Source of the DNA: Lentisphaeria bacterium
GTDB taxonomy: Bacteria > Verrucomicrobiota > Lentisphaeria > JABSQK01 > JAWLHB01
Assembly (NCBI GenBank): GCA_041690595.1
Contig: JAWLHB010000014.1
Location: forward strand, 1 to 64,000
Reading direction: 5' to 3'
DNA: 64,000 bases
Shown: positions 39,317 to 50,200 of the stretch, one piece after another
How positions within the stretch are numbered: position 1 is the first letter of the stretch
Layout: each line of letters opens with the position of its first letter
The notes under the pieces: model-generated
What the model was told of the DNA's origin: nothing
Database searches by the model: none
The model's input: only the letters and a program-made list of their open reading frames with translations
Translations under genes and position numbers: made by a program

Positions 39317-40537
39317 TCACCCGCTGCCGGGCTCTACCTCGACGTTAGGGGGAGTGTCGCCCTTTCCTCCCTCGCGGACGGTGCGGCGGAGAGATTGGCG
39401 ATTCACGCGGCCGGTGGTTCCGGCGGACGGGGGTGATTCCAGATCGCCGGCGAGGCTGCGCCGGATCTCGTCGAGTCGGTCAGGGGCGATGAAACCGGCG
39501 CGGGCGGCATGTTCGGCCATGGCGAGGCTGTCGGCGGCAAGGACCAGCGGACTGCCGGCTTTCTCCAGTTCGAGGGCAAGCTCCTCGATGGCATCGAGGC
39601 GATCCTCGGACTTGGTGACGTTACGGATGTAGATGGCCTGGACGCGCCCGGGATAGCGACGCACAATCTCGGCGTAGATCCGCGGATCGTGCTGGCCGCT
39701 GTCGCCGATGAGGATGAAGGGCAGATCGTGATAGCACGCGAGCATCTCCTCGATGAGTTCCAGCTTGTGGCCGGGTGATTTTCGCGGCAGCGGGCGCTGC
39801 ACGGTCAGGCCCCACTCGCGCAGGAAGAGTACCGGTCCCTCCGGGATGTGGTGCAGGTTGAAGAAGGTTTCCAGCATCTCGTAGATGCTCCATGGGCCGC
39901 GCGAGACATAGAGCATGGGGTTGCACTCCTCGCCGCCGGCGCCGTCATGCAACGCGCGATAGAGGGGGGCGACGCCGGGGAAGGCGGTTCGGCTCTTGGC
40001 CCCTTCCATGAAGAGGCGCCAGAGCATCCTCGTCTTGTTGGCAACGCCGGTGAGCATCACCGTATCGTCGATGTCACTGATCACCACCTGCCTCGCGCTC
40101 GGCGGCGCGACAAAGGCCCGCGCCGGTGCGGTCCCCCCCTTCAGCTTTTCGGAGACCGCCTCGATCTCGAGGTGCTGCCAGACTTTGTCCGGCTCTTGCA
40201 GCCTCTCCGGGAAGAGGTGGAGGCGAAAGTAGCCATCCTTGTCGGTCGTGACCCGGAACTCTTCATCTCCGTACGTGACGATCAGCTCCACATCCGGAAC
40301 GCCGTAGCGGAAGAGGCGCCGCACCAGGTCGATCAGGTCGCGCAGGAGGGAGCCGGCGGGGGAGACGCTGCCGCGCCCAATCTGCCGAAAGACCCTGCCC
40401 ATGACATACATCTGCTCGCGTGAGCCATACCCACGGTACGGCTGCACATAGAGGCCACCTTCCCCACGATCGCGACGCACGGGGCGCGCCGCAAAGCGCA
40501 GCAAGCGACGGAAGGATTTGAAGAAGCGACGAAACAT
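39317..40537 (-). CDS. App1-family phosphatidate phosphatase-like protein (DUF2183)
   Basis: PYRGYG, ISDIDDT, YVSRGPW, LIGDSGQHDP and AIYIR motifs. Confidence 0.85.
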   Translation of the reverse strand: MFRRFFKSFRRLLRFAARPVRRDRGEGGLYVQPYRGYGSREQMYVMGRVFRQIGRGSVSPAGSLLRDLIDLVRRLFRYGVPDVELIVTYGDEEFRVTTDKDGYFRLHLFPERLQEPDKVWQHLEIEAVSEKLKGGTAPARAFVAPPSARQVVISDIDDTVMLTGVANKTRMLWRLFMEGAKSRTAFPGVAPLYRALHDGAGGEECNPMLYVSRGPWSIYEMLETFFNLHHIPEGPVLFLREWGLTVQRPLPRKSPGHKLELIEEMLACYHDLPFILIGDSGQHDPRIYAEIVRRYPGRVQAIYIRNVTKSEDRLDAIEELALELEKAGSPLVLAADSLAMAEHAARAGFIAPDRLDEIRRSLAGDLESPPSAGTTGRVNRQSLRRTVREGGKGDTPPNVEVEPGSG

Positions 40538-40601
40538 CGGCCAGAGGTGATTGTAGGTGTTGTCCCTACTTACACTACCACCGATTCACCCCTTCAGGAG
40601 A

Positions 40602-40756
40602 GTGGGGCAGACATTCCGGTCTGCCTTTCAGGCCTCACCTTATGTTCGCGCAACATCCCGCGTCCCCGCGTCCCCGCGTCCCACAACCTTGTCGGGTTCC
40701 GGAGATTCGATCTCCGGAACCCGACAAAAAAGCAATGAGGGTCTGGGGAGGTGCCC
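40602..40756. repeat. REP mosaic with a 17-bp-stem hairpin
   Basis: GTGGGGCAGACATTCCGGTCTGCC; TTGTCGGGTTCCGGAGA-TTCGA-TCTCCGGAACCCGACAA (40689-40727); shares modules with 607-790. Confidence 0.85.
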
Positions 40757-40917
40757 ACCGGGAACAGAACAGGACGATTTGGAATTCCAGGCCAACCGAA
40801 AACATATAGTGGTCCCTGGAGTCAATAGTATACCCCAGATTATCTAAACTTGCATTTTATGCGTTGGAGTATATAGTATATACGCGGGAAACTATTACGG
40901 TGGGGATCTTACAAGTG

Positions 40918-43900
40918 ATGTCGAAGAGTGGACGTGGCAAGAGGGCCACCGGCGTGCCTCCGGAGCGCTCCTGCAGCGCCCTTAATGCGCCGAAGCCCGA
41001 CCGAGATGTCGGCGGTTTTCCCGTCGTGGGTATCGGCGCTTCCGCCGGGGGGCTGGCAGCCTTCGAGGCGTTCTTTTCCGGCATGCCCGCTGATGCTGAC
41101 CCGGGCATGGCCTTTGTGCTGGTGCAGCACTTGGCCCCGGATCACGAGAGCATTCTGACTGACCTGATCCAGCGCTATACCCGCATGCCGGTCTTTGAGG
41201 TCGAGGACGGCATGGAGGTTCAGTGCAACTGCGTCTACATTATTCCTCCCAATCGGGAAATGGTCTTCTTGAACGGTGCGCTGCAGCTGCTCGAACCCGC
41301 GTCCCCGCGCGGCCATCGCCTGCCCATCGACTTCTTCTTTCGATCACTGGCCCGGGACCAGCACGAGCGGGCCATCGGCGTCGTGCTCTCGGGCACCGGC
41401 AGCGACGGCACTCTGGGCGTGCGGGCAATCAAAGGCGAAGGCGGCATGGTGATGGCCCAGAATCCGCGGTCCGCCGAATACGACGGCATGCCGCGCAGCG
41501 CCATGGCCACGGGGCTGGTGGACTACGAATTGCCGCCGGCCGAAATGCCGGTTCAGCTTATCGCCTACACCACCCATGCCTTCGGTAAGCCGCCCCTGCC
41601 CGCCGCTCCGCCCCCCCAAACCGAGAGCGCGCTCAAGAAGATCTTTGTCCTCTTGAGCGCCCAGATTGGCGTCGACTTCTCCCAGTACAAGCCCACGACC
41701 AGCCAACGCCGCATCGAACGGCGCATGGCCGTGCACCAGATCGAAAGCATGGATGGCTACATCAAGTTCATCCAGCAGTCGCCCGAGGAGGTGGAGGCTC
41801 TCTTTCGCGACATGCTGATCGGTGTAACCCATTTTTTCCGCGACCCCGAAGTCTTCGATTTCCTGGAAGAGCAGATCATCCCCAAACTCTTTGCCGGCAA
41901 AGGCGCGGAGGCCACGATCCGTATCTGGGTTCCGGGCTGTTCCACCGGCGAGGAGGCCTACTCCCTGGCCATTCTGCTGGCCGAGCGCCAGGAGGCACTG
42001 AAAGGAAACTTCCAAGTGCAGCTCTTTGCCACGGACATCGACAGCCACGCCATTGCCACGGCCCGCGTCGGCAGCTATCCAGCCTCCATCGCCGCCGACC
42101 TCACGCCGGAGCGGCTGGCGCGCTATTTCGCTCCCGAGCCGGGCGAGAGCGCCTACCGCATCCACAAAAGCATCCGGGACATGCTGGTTTTTTCCGAACA
42201 GAACGTCATCAAAGACCCGCCCTTTTCCAAGCTGGACCTGATCAGTTGCCGCAACCTGCTGATCTACCTGGACAGTACGCTGCAGAAAAAGCTCATCCCG
42301 CTCTTTCATTATGCCTTGAACCCCGGCGGTTATCTCTTTCTGGGAACCTCCGAAACCGAGGGCGAGCATGATACTCTCTTTGCGGCGCTGAACCGCAAGC
42401 AGAAGATCTACCAGCGCAAAGAAGAGCAGCTCGGCACCTGGCGTGCAAACCTGGGGTCTTTCCTGCCAACCACTATGGCGCCCAGTAGAGGCTATCCGCG
42501 TACCGGCGAGAAGCCGACCTCCCCCAAAAAACTGCCACTACGCGAGCTGACCGAGCACGCCCTGCTGCAAGAGGTTGTCCAGGCCGGGGTGCTGGTCAAT
42601 GCCAGGGGAGATCTTCTCTATCTCCACGGCCGCACCGGCATGTACCTGGAACTCGCCCCCGGAGAAAGCGGCCCCGGTAACATTCTGAAAATGGCTCGAG
42701 CAGGATTGCGGCGCGACCTGACCACGGCCCTGCACAAAGCCGCGCAAACCAGGGAAACCGTGCAATGCCTGGGAGTGCGGGTGAAAACCAACGGCGACTT
42801 CACCACCGTCAATCTGACGGTCCGTCCGGTGGCTGCCGCTCCTGAAATGCCCCTGTACCTGGTTATCCTGGAGCAGGCGCGGGAAACAGTAATCCGTGAC
42901 CAGTTACCGGAAGCGACGGCAGGTGAGGAAGCCGACAAGCGCATTGCCGCGCTGATGCACGAGCTGCAGGCCAGGGATGAGTATATTCAAACCACCAACA
43001 AAGAACTGGAGGCCACTAACGAAGAACTCAGATCGTCCAACGAGGAGATGCAGTCGGTGAACGAAGAATTGCAATCCACCAACGAGGAGCTGGAGACCTC
43101 CAAGGAGGAGTTGCAATCGGTCAACGAGGAGCTGACTACGATCAACGCCGAGCTGCAAACCAAGGTGTCCGACCTCTCGCACGCCAATAACGACATGAAC
43201 AACCTGCTGGCTGGCACCAACATCGCCACGGTCTTCGTGGACCACCAGTTGCGCATCATGCGTTTCACCCCCGCCGCCACCAAGATCATCAACCTGATCA
43301 AGAGTGACATCGGCCGGCCCGTCTCCCACATCGTCTCCAACCTGCCCGGCTACGGCACCTTGAAGGAGGACACGCAGGCAGTGCTCGACACCCTGGTCCC
43401 CAGGAAGACAGACGTGCAGACCGCCGCGGGCCAGTGGTACACCATGCGCATTCAACCCTATCGCACCATGAATAATGCCATCGAGGGCATAGTGCTCACC
43501 TTTGTGGATATTACCGAGGCGGTGCAGACACGCGAATTGCTGCAGAAAGCCAATGACCAACTCCGCATGGCGGTGGTGGTGCGCGATGCGCACGATGCCA
43601 TTACCTTGCAGGATCTGGACGGCCGCATCATCGCCTGGAATCCGGGCGCGATGCGAATGTATGGATGGAGTGAGGCCGAGGCGCTGGCAATGAACGTGCG
43701 CGACCGCATCCCGCCATCCCTGCGCAAGGACGCGCTGGCCAAGCTGATCGAGCTGGGGCAAGCAAGAATCTTGGAGCCGCATAGCACACAGCGCATCACT
43801 AAGCAAGGCGCGGTCGTGCAGGTTTCGATCATTTCTACCGCCTTGGTCAACGAGGCCGGTCAGATGTACGCGATTGCGACCACGGAGCGAGTCAATGCGA

Positions 43901-43959
43901 CGAACGAGTCAGATGTGTCGGACACGTCCGACAAACCAGCCCCAGGAGAGAAGAAATGA
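40918..43959 (+). CDS. CheB methylesterase/CheR methyltransferase fusion with coiled coil and PAS domains
   Basis: CheB triad motifs GASAGG, VQHL and GSDG; CheR motifs VTHFFRD, GCSTGEEAYS and CRNLLIY; NEELQS heptads; C-terminal PAS domains. Confidence 0.95.
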   Translation: MSKSGRGKRATGVPPERSCSALNAPKPDRDVGGFPVVGIGASAGGLAAFEAFFSGMPADADPGMAFVLVQHLAPDHESILTDLIQRYTRMPVFEVEDGMEVQCNCVYIIPPNREMVFLNGALQLLEPASPRGHRLPIDFFFRSLARDQHERAIGVVLSGTGSDGTLGVRAIKGEGGMVMAQNPRSAEYDGMPRSAMATGLVDYELPPAEMPVQLIAYTTHAFGKPPLPAAPPPQTESALKKIFVLLSAQIGVDFSQYKPTTSQRRIERRMAVHQIESMDGYIKFIQQSPEEVEALFRDMLIGVTHFFRDPEVFDFLEEQIIPKLFAGKGAEATIRIWVPGCSTGEEAYSLAILLAERQEALKGNFQVQLFATDIDSHAIATARVGSYPASIAADLTPERLARYFAPEPGESAYRIHKSIRDMLVFSEQNVIKDPPFSKLDLISCRNLLIYLDSTLQKKLIPLFHYALNPGGYLFLGTSETEGEHDTLFAALNRKQKIYQRKEEQLGTWRANLGSFLPTTMAPSRGYPRTGEKPTSPKKLPLRELTEHALLQEVVQAGVLVNARGDLLYLHGRTGMYLELAPGESGPGNILKMARAGLRRDLTTALHKAAQTRETVQCLGVRVKTNGDFTTVNLTVRPVAAAPEMPLYLVILEQARETVIRDQLPEATAGEEADKRIAALMHELQARDEYIQTTNKELEATNEELRSSNEEMQSVNEELQSTNEELETSKEELQSVNEELTTINAELQTKVSDLSHANNDMNNLLAGTNIATVFVDHQLRIMRFTPAATKIINLIKSDIGRPVSHIVSNLPGYGTLKEDTQAVLDTLVPRKTDVQTAAGQWYTMRIQPYRTMNNAIEGIVLTFVDITEAVQTRELLQKANDQLRMAVVVRDAHDAITLQDLDGRIIAWNPGAMRMYGWSEAEALAMNVRDRIPPSLRKDALAKLIELGQARILEPHSTQRITKQGAVVQVSIISTALVNEAGQMYAIATTERVNATNESDVSDTSDKPAPGEKK

Positions 43960-46900
43960 AAAACCACCTATCGCGCAATCCTGACGATCTGCGCCGCCAA
44001 GCCGAAGAGCGGCTCAGCGAAAGGCAGGTGGCAGAGATTGCCGGCAAGAATGGAACGGGGGCGGATAAAACGGCGCAAACACTCCACGAACTCCAGGTAC
44101 ACCAGATCGAACTGGAGATGCAGAACGACGAGCTGCGCACGGCCCAGGCGGAGCTCGAAGCCGGGCGCGCACGCTATTACGATCTCTATGACCTGGCCCC
44201 GGTTGGCTATTGCACCCTGTCCGAGCAGGGACTGATCCTGGAGGCCAACCTCACCGCCGCCACAATGCTGGGCACGACCCGCGCCGCACTGCTCAAGCAG
44301 CCGATCTCCCGATTCATCTTCAAAGATGACCAGGATATCTACTACCTGCATGGTAAGAAGCTCTTTGACGCAGGCCAACCCCAGAAATGCGAACTGCGAC
44401 TGCTCAAACCGGACGACGCACTCATCTGGGCACATCTGACGGAAACCGCCGCTCAAGCCGAAGACGGCACGCCGGTCTGCCGCGTGGCGCTGACCGACAT
44501 CACCGAGCGCAAGCGGTTGGAGATGGCAACGAGGGAGAGCGAAGCACGTCAGCGTTACATCCTTTCGGTAAGTCCGACTGTCATCTACACACTCCGGCCA
44601 AACGATTTCGCGGCCACATGGGTCAGCCCCAACGTGAGCGCCTTGATGGGATATACCGCGGAAGAGGCGCTCGAACCCGGCTGGTGGGCGGAACACGTGC
44701 ATCCGGAAGACCGCGAACAGGCGCTCGCAAACTCCGCCAGGTTGCGCGAAACGAGGCACATCGGGCACGAGTACCGTTTCTTCAAAAAAGACGGTACGGT
44801 ATGCTGGCTCTATGATCGCATGAATTTGCATAGTACCCCGGGCGACTCGGAAGAAATTATTGGCGCATGGAGTGACATCACCGAGCGCAAGCAGGCGGAA
44901 ATCTATCGCGAGATGGGGCAGGAGATCCTGGAGATTCTCAACGAACCGGGCGATCTGCAGGAGTCCATCCAGCGCGTCCTCGCTACACTGAAGGCACGGA
45001 CCGGGGTCGATGCCGTGGGGCTGCGCCTGCAAGAGGGCGAGGATTATCCCTACTTCGTCCAAGACGGCTTCTCCAAGGATTTTCTGCAGACCGAAAACAC
45101 GCTGGTCGAACGCGGCAAGAATGGCGGCGTCTGCCGAGACAAGGATGGCAAGGTCTGCCTGGAATGCACCTGCGGCCTGGTGATATCCGGCAAGACCAAC
45201 CCCGCCAACCCGCTCTTCACCAAAGGGGGAAGCAGTTGGACCAACGACTCCTTCCCCCTGCTCGATCTGCCGTTCGCTCAGGACCCCCGTCTGCATCCGC
45301 GCAACAACTGCATCCATCAGGGCTATGCCTCCGTGGCCTTGATACCGGTGCGGACCACAGACCGGATCGTGGGGCTGATCCAGCTCAACGACAAACGTAA
45401 AGACCGTTTCACCCTCGAAACGATTGAAATTCTGGAAGGCATCGCCGCGCATATCGGATCAGCCCTGATGCGCAAGCAGGCGGAACGTGAGTTGCGCCGC
45501 CTGTCCACGGCCATTGAGCAGTCCCCGGAAACCATGATGATTACCGACACCGAAGGAACCATCCAATATGTGAACCCGGCGTTCCAAACGATAACCGGCT
45601 ATACGTGCGAAGAGGCCATTGGGCAGAATCCCCGCATTCTGAAGAGCGGACAACACGATGCCGACGTTTACACGGCCATGTGGAAAACCCTGCTGGATGG
45701 ACAGGTGTGGGAAGGCCGGCTGATCAACAAACGCAAGGACGACTCGCTGTACACCGAAGATGTCTCGATCGCTCCGGTCAAAGACCCGAACGGAACGATC
45801 ACCAACTATGTCGCCGTCAAACGCGATATTACCGCCGAGCTTGAGCGCGAAGATATGTTGCGCCAGGCCCAGAAGATGGAATCGGTGGGGCGTTTGGCCG
45901 GTGGCGTGGCGCACGACTTCAACAACATGCTCACCATCATCCTCGGCCAAGCGCAACTGCTGGCCATGAAGCTGGCGGCTGACGCCCCGCATCGCCACAA
46001 CGTGGCCGAGATCGTGCAGGCCGCGCAACGCTCCGCCAACCTCACCCGCCAACTCCTGGCCTTCGCCCGCAAGGAAACCATCGCGCCTGTCCCCCTGGAT
46101 CTCAACGGCGCGGTCGGGGATCTGCTCAAGATGCTCCGACGCTTGATCGGCGAGGACATCGATCTGAGCTGGCAGCCGGGTGCCAAACTGTGGCGGGTCA
46201 AGATGGACCCCGGTCAGCTCGATCAGCTCCTCGTCAACCTCTGCGTCAACGCCCGCGACGCCATTGACGGGGTGGGCAAGGTTACCATCGAGACCGAAAA
46301 CGTCAGCATCGACGAGGAATACTGCCGAAGCCATGTCGAAGCAAAGCCCGGCCACTACGTGATGCTGACGGTCAGCGACGACGGCTGCGGCATGGATGCC
46401 GAGACCATGTCGCAAGTCTTCGAGCCCTTCTTCACCACCAAGCCGACCGGCGAAGGGACGGGCCTGGGGTTGGCCACGGTCTACGGCATTATCAAGCAAA
46501 ACATGGGCTTTGTCAACGTCTGCAGTGAGCTTGAAAAGGGTACGACTTTTCGTCTTTACCTGCCACGGCTTGCCGGTAAGGAGTCGCGCCACGACCCACG
46601 CCAGTCACCCCAGCCCTGCCCGCATGGAAATGAGACCGTGCTTCTGGTCGAGGACGAGCCGGCGGTGCGCGAGATCGCCCAAGCTTTCCTGGAAGAGTGC
46701 GGCTATCGCGTTCTCGAAGCCGACTGCCCGGCGACCGCCCTCGACGTGGCCGCGGCCAACCCCGAGACAATAGACCTGCTGCTCACCGACGTCGTCATGC
46801 CCGGTATGAACGGTCGCGACCTGGCCGAACGCCTCACGGCGGGTCGGCCAAGCCTGAGGGTACTGTACATGTCCGGCTATACCGCCAGCACCATCGTTCA

Positions 46901-46991
46901 CCGCGGGGTTCTGGACCAAGGCGTGCAGTTCATCAGCAAGCCCTTCACCCTGGAGGAGCTGGCCCGCAAGGTGCGGGAGGTGTTGGGATGA
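43956..46991 (+). CDS. Hybrid histidine kinase (PAS-PAS-GAF-PAS-HisKA-HATPase-REC)
   Basis: LAGGVAHDFNN, NLCVNARDA, DDGCG, FFTTK..GTGLGL and LLLTDVVMP motifs. Confidence 0.96.
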   Translation: MKNHLSRNPDDLRRQAEERLSERQVAEIAGKNGTGADKTAQTLHELQVHQIELEMQNDELRTAQAELEAGRARYYDLYDLAPVGYCTLSEQGLILEANLTAATMLGTTRAALLKQPISRFIFKDDQDIYYLHGKKLFDAGQPQKCELRLLKPDDALIWAHLTETAAQAEDGTPVCRVALTDITERKRLEMATRESEARQRYILSVSPTVIYTLRPNDFAATWVSPNVSALMGYTAEEALEPGWWAEHVHPEDREQALANSARLRETRHIGHEYRFFKKDGTVCWLYDRMNLHSTPGDSEEIIGAWSDITERKQAEIYREMGQEILEILNEPGDLQESIQRVLATLKARTGVDAVGLRLQEGEDYPYFVQDGFSKDFLQTENTLVERGKNGGVCRDKDGKVCLECTCGLVISGKTNPANPLFTKGGSSWTNDSFPLLDLPFAQDPRLHPRNNCIHQGYASVALIPVRTTDRIVGLIQLNDKRKDRFTLETIEILEGIAAHIGSALMRKQAERELRRLSTAIEQSPETMMITDTEGTIQYVNPAFQTITGYTCEEAIGQNPRILKSGQHDADVYTAMWKTLLDGQVWEGRLINKRKDDSLYTEDVSIAPVKDPNGTITNYVAVKRDITAELEREDMLRQAQKMESVGRLAGGVAHDFNNMLTIILGQAQLLAMKLAADAPHRHNVAEIVQAAQRSANLTRQLLAFARKETIAPVPLDLNGAVGDLLKMLRRLIGEDIDLSWQPGAKLWRVKMDPGQLDQLLVNLCVNARDAIDGVGKVTIETENVSIDEEYCRSHVEAKPGHYVMLTVSDDGCGMDAETMSQVFEPFFTTKPTGEGTGLGLATVYGIIKQNMGFVNVCSELEKGTTFRLYLPRLAGKESRHDPRQSPQPCPHGNETVLLVEDEPAVREIAQAFLEECGYRVLEADCPATALDVAAANPETIDLLLTDVVMPGMNGRDLAERLTAGRPSLRVLYMSGYTASTIVHRGVLDQGVQFISKPFTLEELARKVREVLG

Positions 46992-47287
46992 ACCCGGCAA
47001 AGAACTTGAAAGCTAAAAATGCTGCTGAGGGCGGCTTCCCGATTGTCAGCATCGGTGCATCTGCCGGTGGGCTGGCGGCTTTCGAGGAGTGCTTTTCGGG
47101 GATGCCCGCGGAAGCCCAGCAGACCACCAAACAGGGCGCAGTCGTGCAAGTTTCGATTTTTTCCACCGCGTTGGTGAGCGAGGCCGGTCAGATGTACGCG
47201 ATCGCCACCACCAAGCAAGTGCTTGCGACGAACGATTCCAACCTCTCAGGCGCGTTCGACAAACCAGCCCCAGGAGAGAAAGAATGA
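46988..47287 (+). pseudogene. Internally deleted cheBR copy (CheB N-terminus fused in frame to the C-terminal tail)
   Basis: GFPIVSIGASAGGLAAFEECFSGMPA is joined directly to TKQGAVVQVSIFSTALVSEAGQMYAIATT..DKPAPGEK; these match the two ends of 40918-43959. Confidence 0.9.
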
Positions 47288-50200
47288 ATAACCAGGAACC
47301 ACGCGATCCGGACGAACTGCGCCGCCAAGCCATAGAGCGGCTGAACGAGAAGCAAATGCCAGAGCTTGGCGGCAAGAATGGAACGGGGGCGGAAGAAACG
47401 GCGCAAACACTCCACGAACTGCGGGTGCACCATATCGAACTGGAGATGCAGAACGAGGTGCTGCGCACGCACCAAGCGGAGCTCGAAGCCGGGCGCGCAC
47501 GCTACCACGACCTCTACGACCTGGCCCCGGTTGGCTTCTGCACCCTGTGCGAGCAAGGACTCATCCTGGAGGCCAACCTCACCGCCGCCACAATGCTGGG
47601 CACGCCCCGCGGCGCACTGGTCAAGCAGCCGATTTCCCGCTTCATCTTCAAAGATGACCAGGATATCTACTACCTGCACCGTGAAAAACTCTTTGAAGCG
47701 GACCAACTGCAGGAATGCGAATTGCAGCTGGTCAAACCGGACGACACAATCATCTGGGCACACCTAACGGCAATCGCCGCGGAAGCGGAAGACGGTACGT
47801 CGGCCTGCCGTCTGGTGCTGACCGATATCACCGAGCGCAAAGGAGCGGAGGAAGCGTTACGTGACAGCGAACGAAAGTATCAGACGCTGATACACCAAGC
47901 TCCGGCAGCACTTTTCCTGCATACCATCGATGGATCTATCATGGAATATAACCAGTTAACACTGGAAAGATATGGATATTCTGCTGACGAGATTCTCACG
48001 ATGAACGCCAGTGATATCGACCCTGATTATCGTGAACGGGAAGATACGGGTTTATTTTGGGAAGAACTCACAAGTAAAGGACAGCTTCGTTTTGAAGCCA
48101 GGCATAGAAAAAAAGGTGGGGTTATTTTTCCAGTGGAGATCAATCTTGCCCCGATTGAGATCAAGGGTAAGAAACACTATCTTGCTATGGCTTTGGACAT
48201 CACCGAGCGCAAAGGGGCGGAAGAGTCCCTGCGCGAGAGCAATGAACGGTTCCATGATCTGTTCGAAAAGGCACCCTTAGGTTACCAATCACTGGACAGT
48301 GACGGCAGGTTTATAGATGTAAACGTTGCGTGGCTTGAAACTCTGGGATACTCGCGCGAAGAAGTAATCGGAAAATGGTTCGGCGATTTTCTTGCACCGG
48401 AATATATGGAGGCTTTCAACGAACGGTTTCCGGTATTCAAGGCGCAAGGAAAAGTGCACAGTGAATTCTATATGATGCACAAAGACGGCAGCAGAATATA
48501 TGTCGCTTTTGATGGCCGGATTGGCAACAATGCTGACGGTAGCTTCAAGCAGACTCACTGCATACTGAAAGATGAAACCGAGCGCAAGCGGGCGGAAGAG
48601 GCCCTGCGCGAGAGCGAAGCGCTTCTGTCTCGGTCACAGGAAATCTCCCACACCGGAAGTTGGAAACTGGACCTGGCCACCAATCGCTTAAGCTGGTCGG
48701 ACGAGGTCTATCGCATTTTCGGCTGCCAGCCGCAGGCGTTCGTTCCCACTTATGAAGCCTTTCTTGATTTCGTCCACCCGGACGACCGGTCCGCGGTGGA
48801 TGGGGCGTATTTCCGTTCGGGGCGGGAAGGAAACGACAGCTATGAAATCGAGCACCGGATCGTACGGCGGAACTCAGGTGAAGTCCGGTATGTCCATGAG
48901 CGTTGTCTTCACGAACGTGATGCCTCAGGCACCATCGTCCAATCTACCGGCATGGTGCAGGACATCACCGAACGCAAACAGGCGGAGAAGGTGCTCAACG
49001 AGAGCCGCAAAAAGTATATGTTTCTGGTTGAAAATTTGAACGAAGGGGTGTGGCAGATTGATCGTGAATCCCGCACGGTTTTCGTCAATCCCCGCATGGC
49101 CGAAATGCTCGGTTATTCCGTTGAAGAAATGCTTGGCATGAACATCTTCCATTTCATGAGTGAGAAAGGCAGAAAAATTGCTGAAGGAAATATCGATCGA
49201 CGTAAAAATGGGATAAAGGAGGAGCATGAATTCGAGTTTCTTGGCAAAGACGGACATTGCCTGTATGCGTCGCTCGCAACATCCCCCATTTTTGATGACG
49301 CCGGCGAATACCAGGGTGCTCTTGCCGGAGTCCAGGACATCACCGAGCGCAAGCAGGCGGAGGCGAAACTGCTGGAGCTGAACATGGCCGTCGAACAGTC
49401 GGGCGACGGCATCGCCTTGAGCGATATGGACGGGAACATTCGTTTCGTGAACAAGACCTGGGTGGAGATGCACGGCTACGCTGCCGAAGAGCTGATTGGA
49501 CGACATCTAAGCATTTTTCATACGCCGGAACAGATGGAAAAGGAAGTGATTCCCTTTAACGAACATTTAATGGCGATGGGGTCGAGTACAGGCGAGTTGG
49601 GGCATTGCCGCAAAGACGGTTCAACATTCACCACGTACATGACCACGTCCGTCGTGAAGGACGCAACCGGTAATCTTTTCGGATTGTTGGCCACTGCACG
49701 CGACATCACCGAGCGGAAGTTGGCTGAAACCTATCGCGAGATTGAGCGGGAGATCCTGCAGATTCTCAACGAGCCGGGCGACCTGCAGGAGTCCATCCAG
49801 CGCGTACTCGATGCATTGAAGACGCGGACCGGGGTCGATGCCGTGGGACTGCGCCTGCAAGAGGGCGAGGATTATCCGTACTTCGCCCAGGACGGTTTCC
49901 CCGAGGATTTTCTGCAGACCGAAAATACGCTGGTCGAACGCGGCAAGGATGGCGGCGTCTGCCGGGACAAGGACGGCAATGTCTGCCTGCAATGCACCTG
50001 CGGCCTGGTCATATCCGGCAAGACCGACCCCGCCAACCCGCTCTTTACCAAGGGGGGAAGCAGTTGGACCAACGACTCCTTTCCCTTCCTCGATCTGCCG
50101 TCCGATCAGGATCCCCGGCTGCATCCGCGCAACAACTGTATTCATCAGGGCTATGCCTCCGTGGCCTTGATACCGGTGGCGTATACTCGCAAGAACTGTA

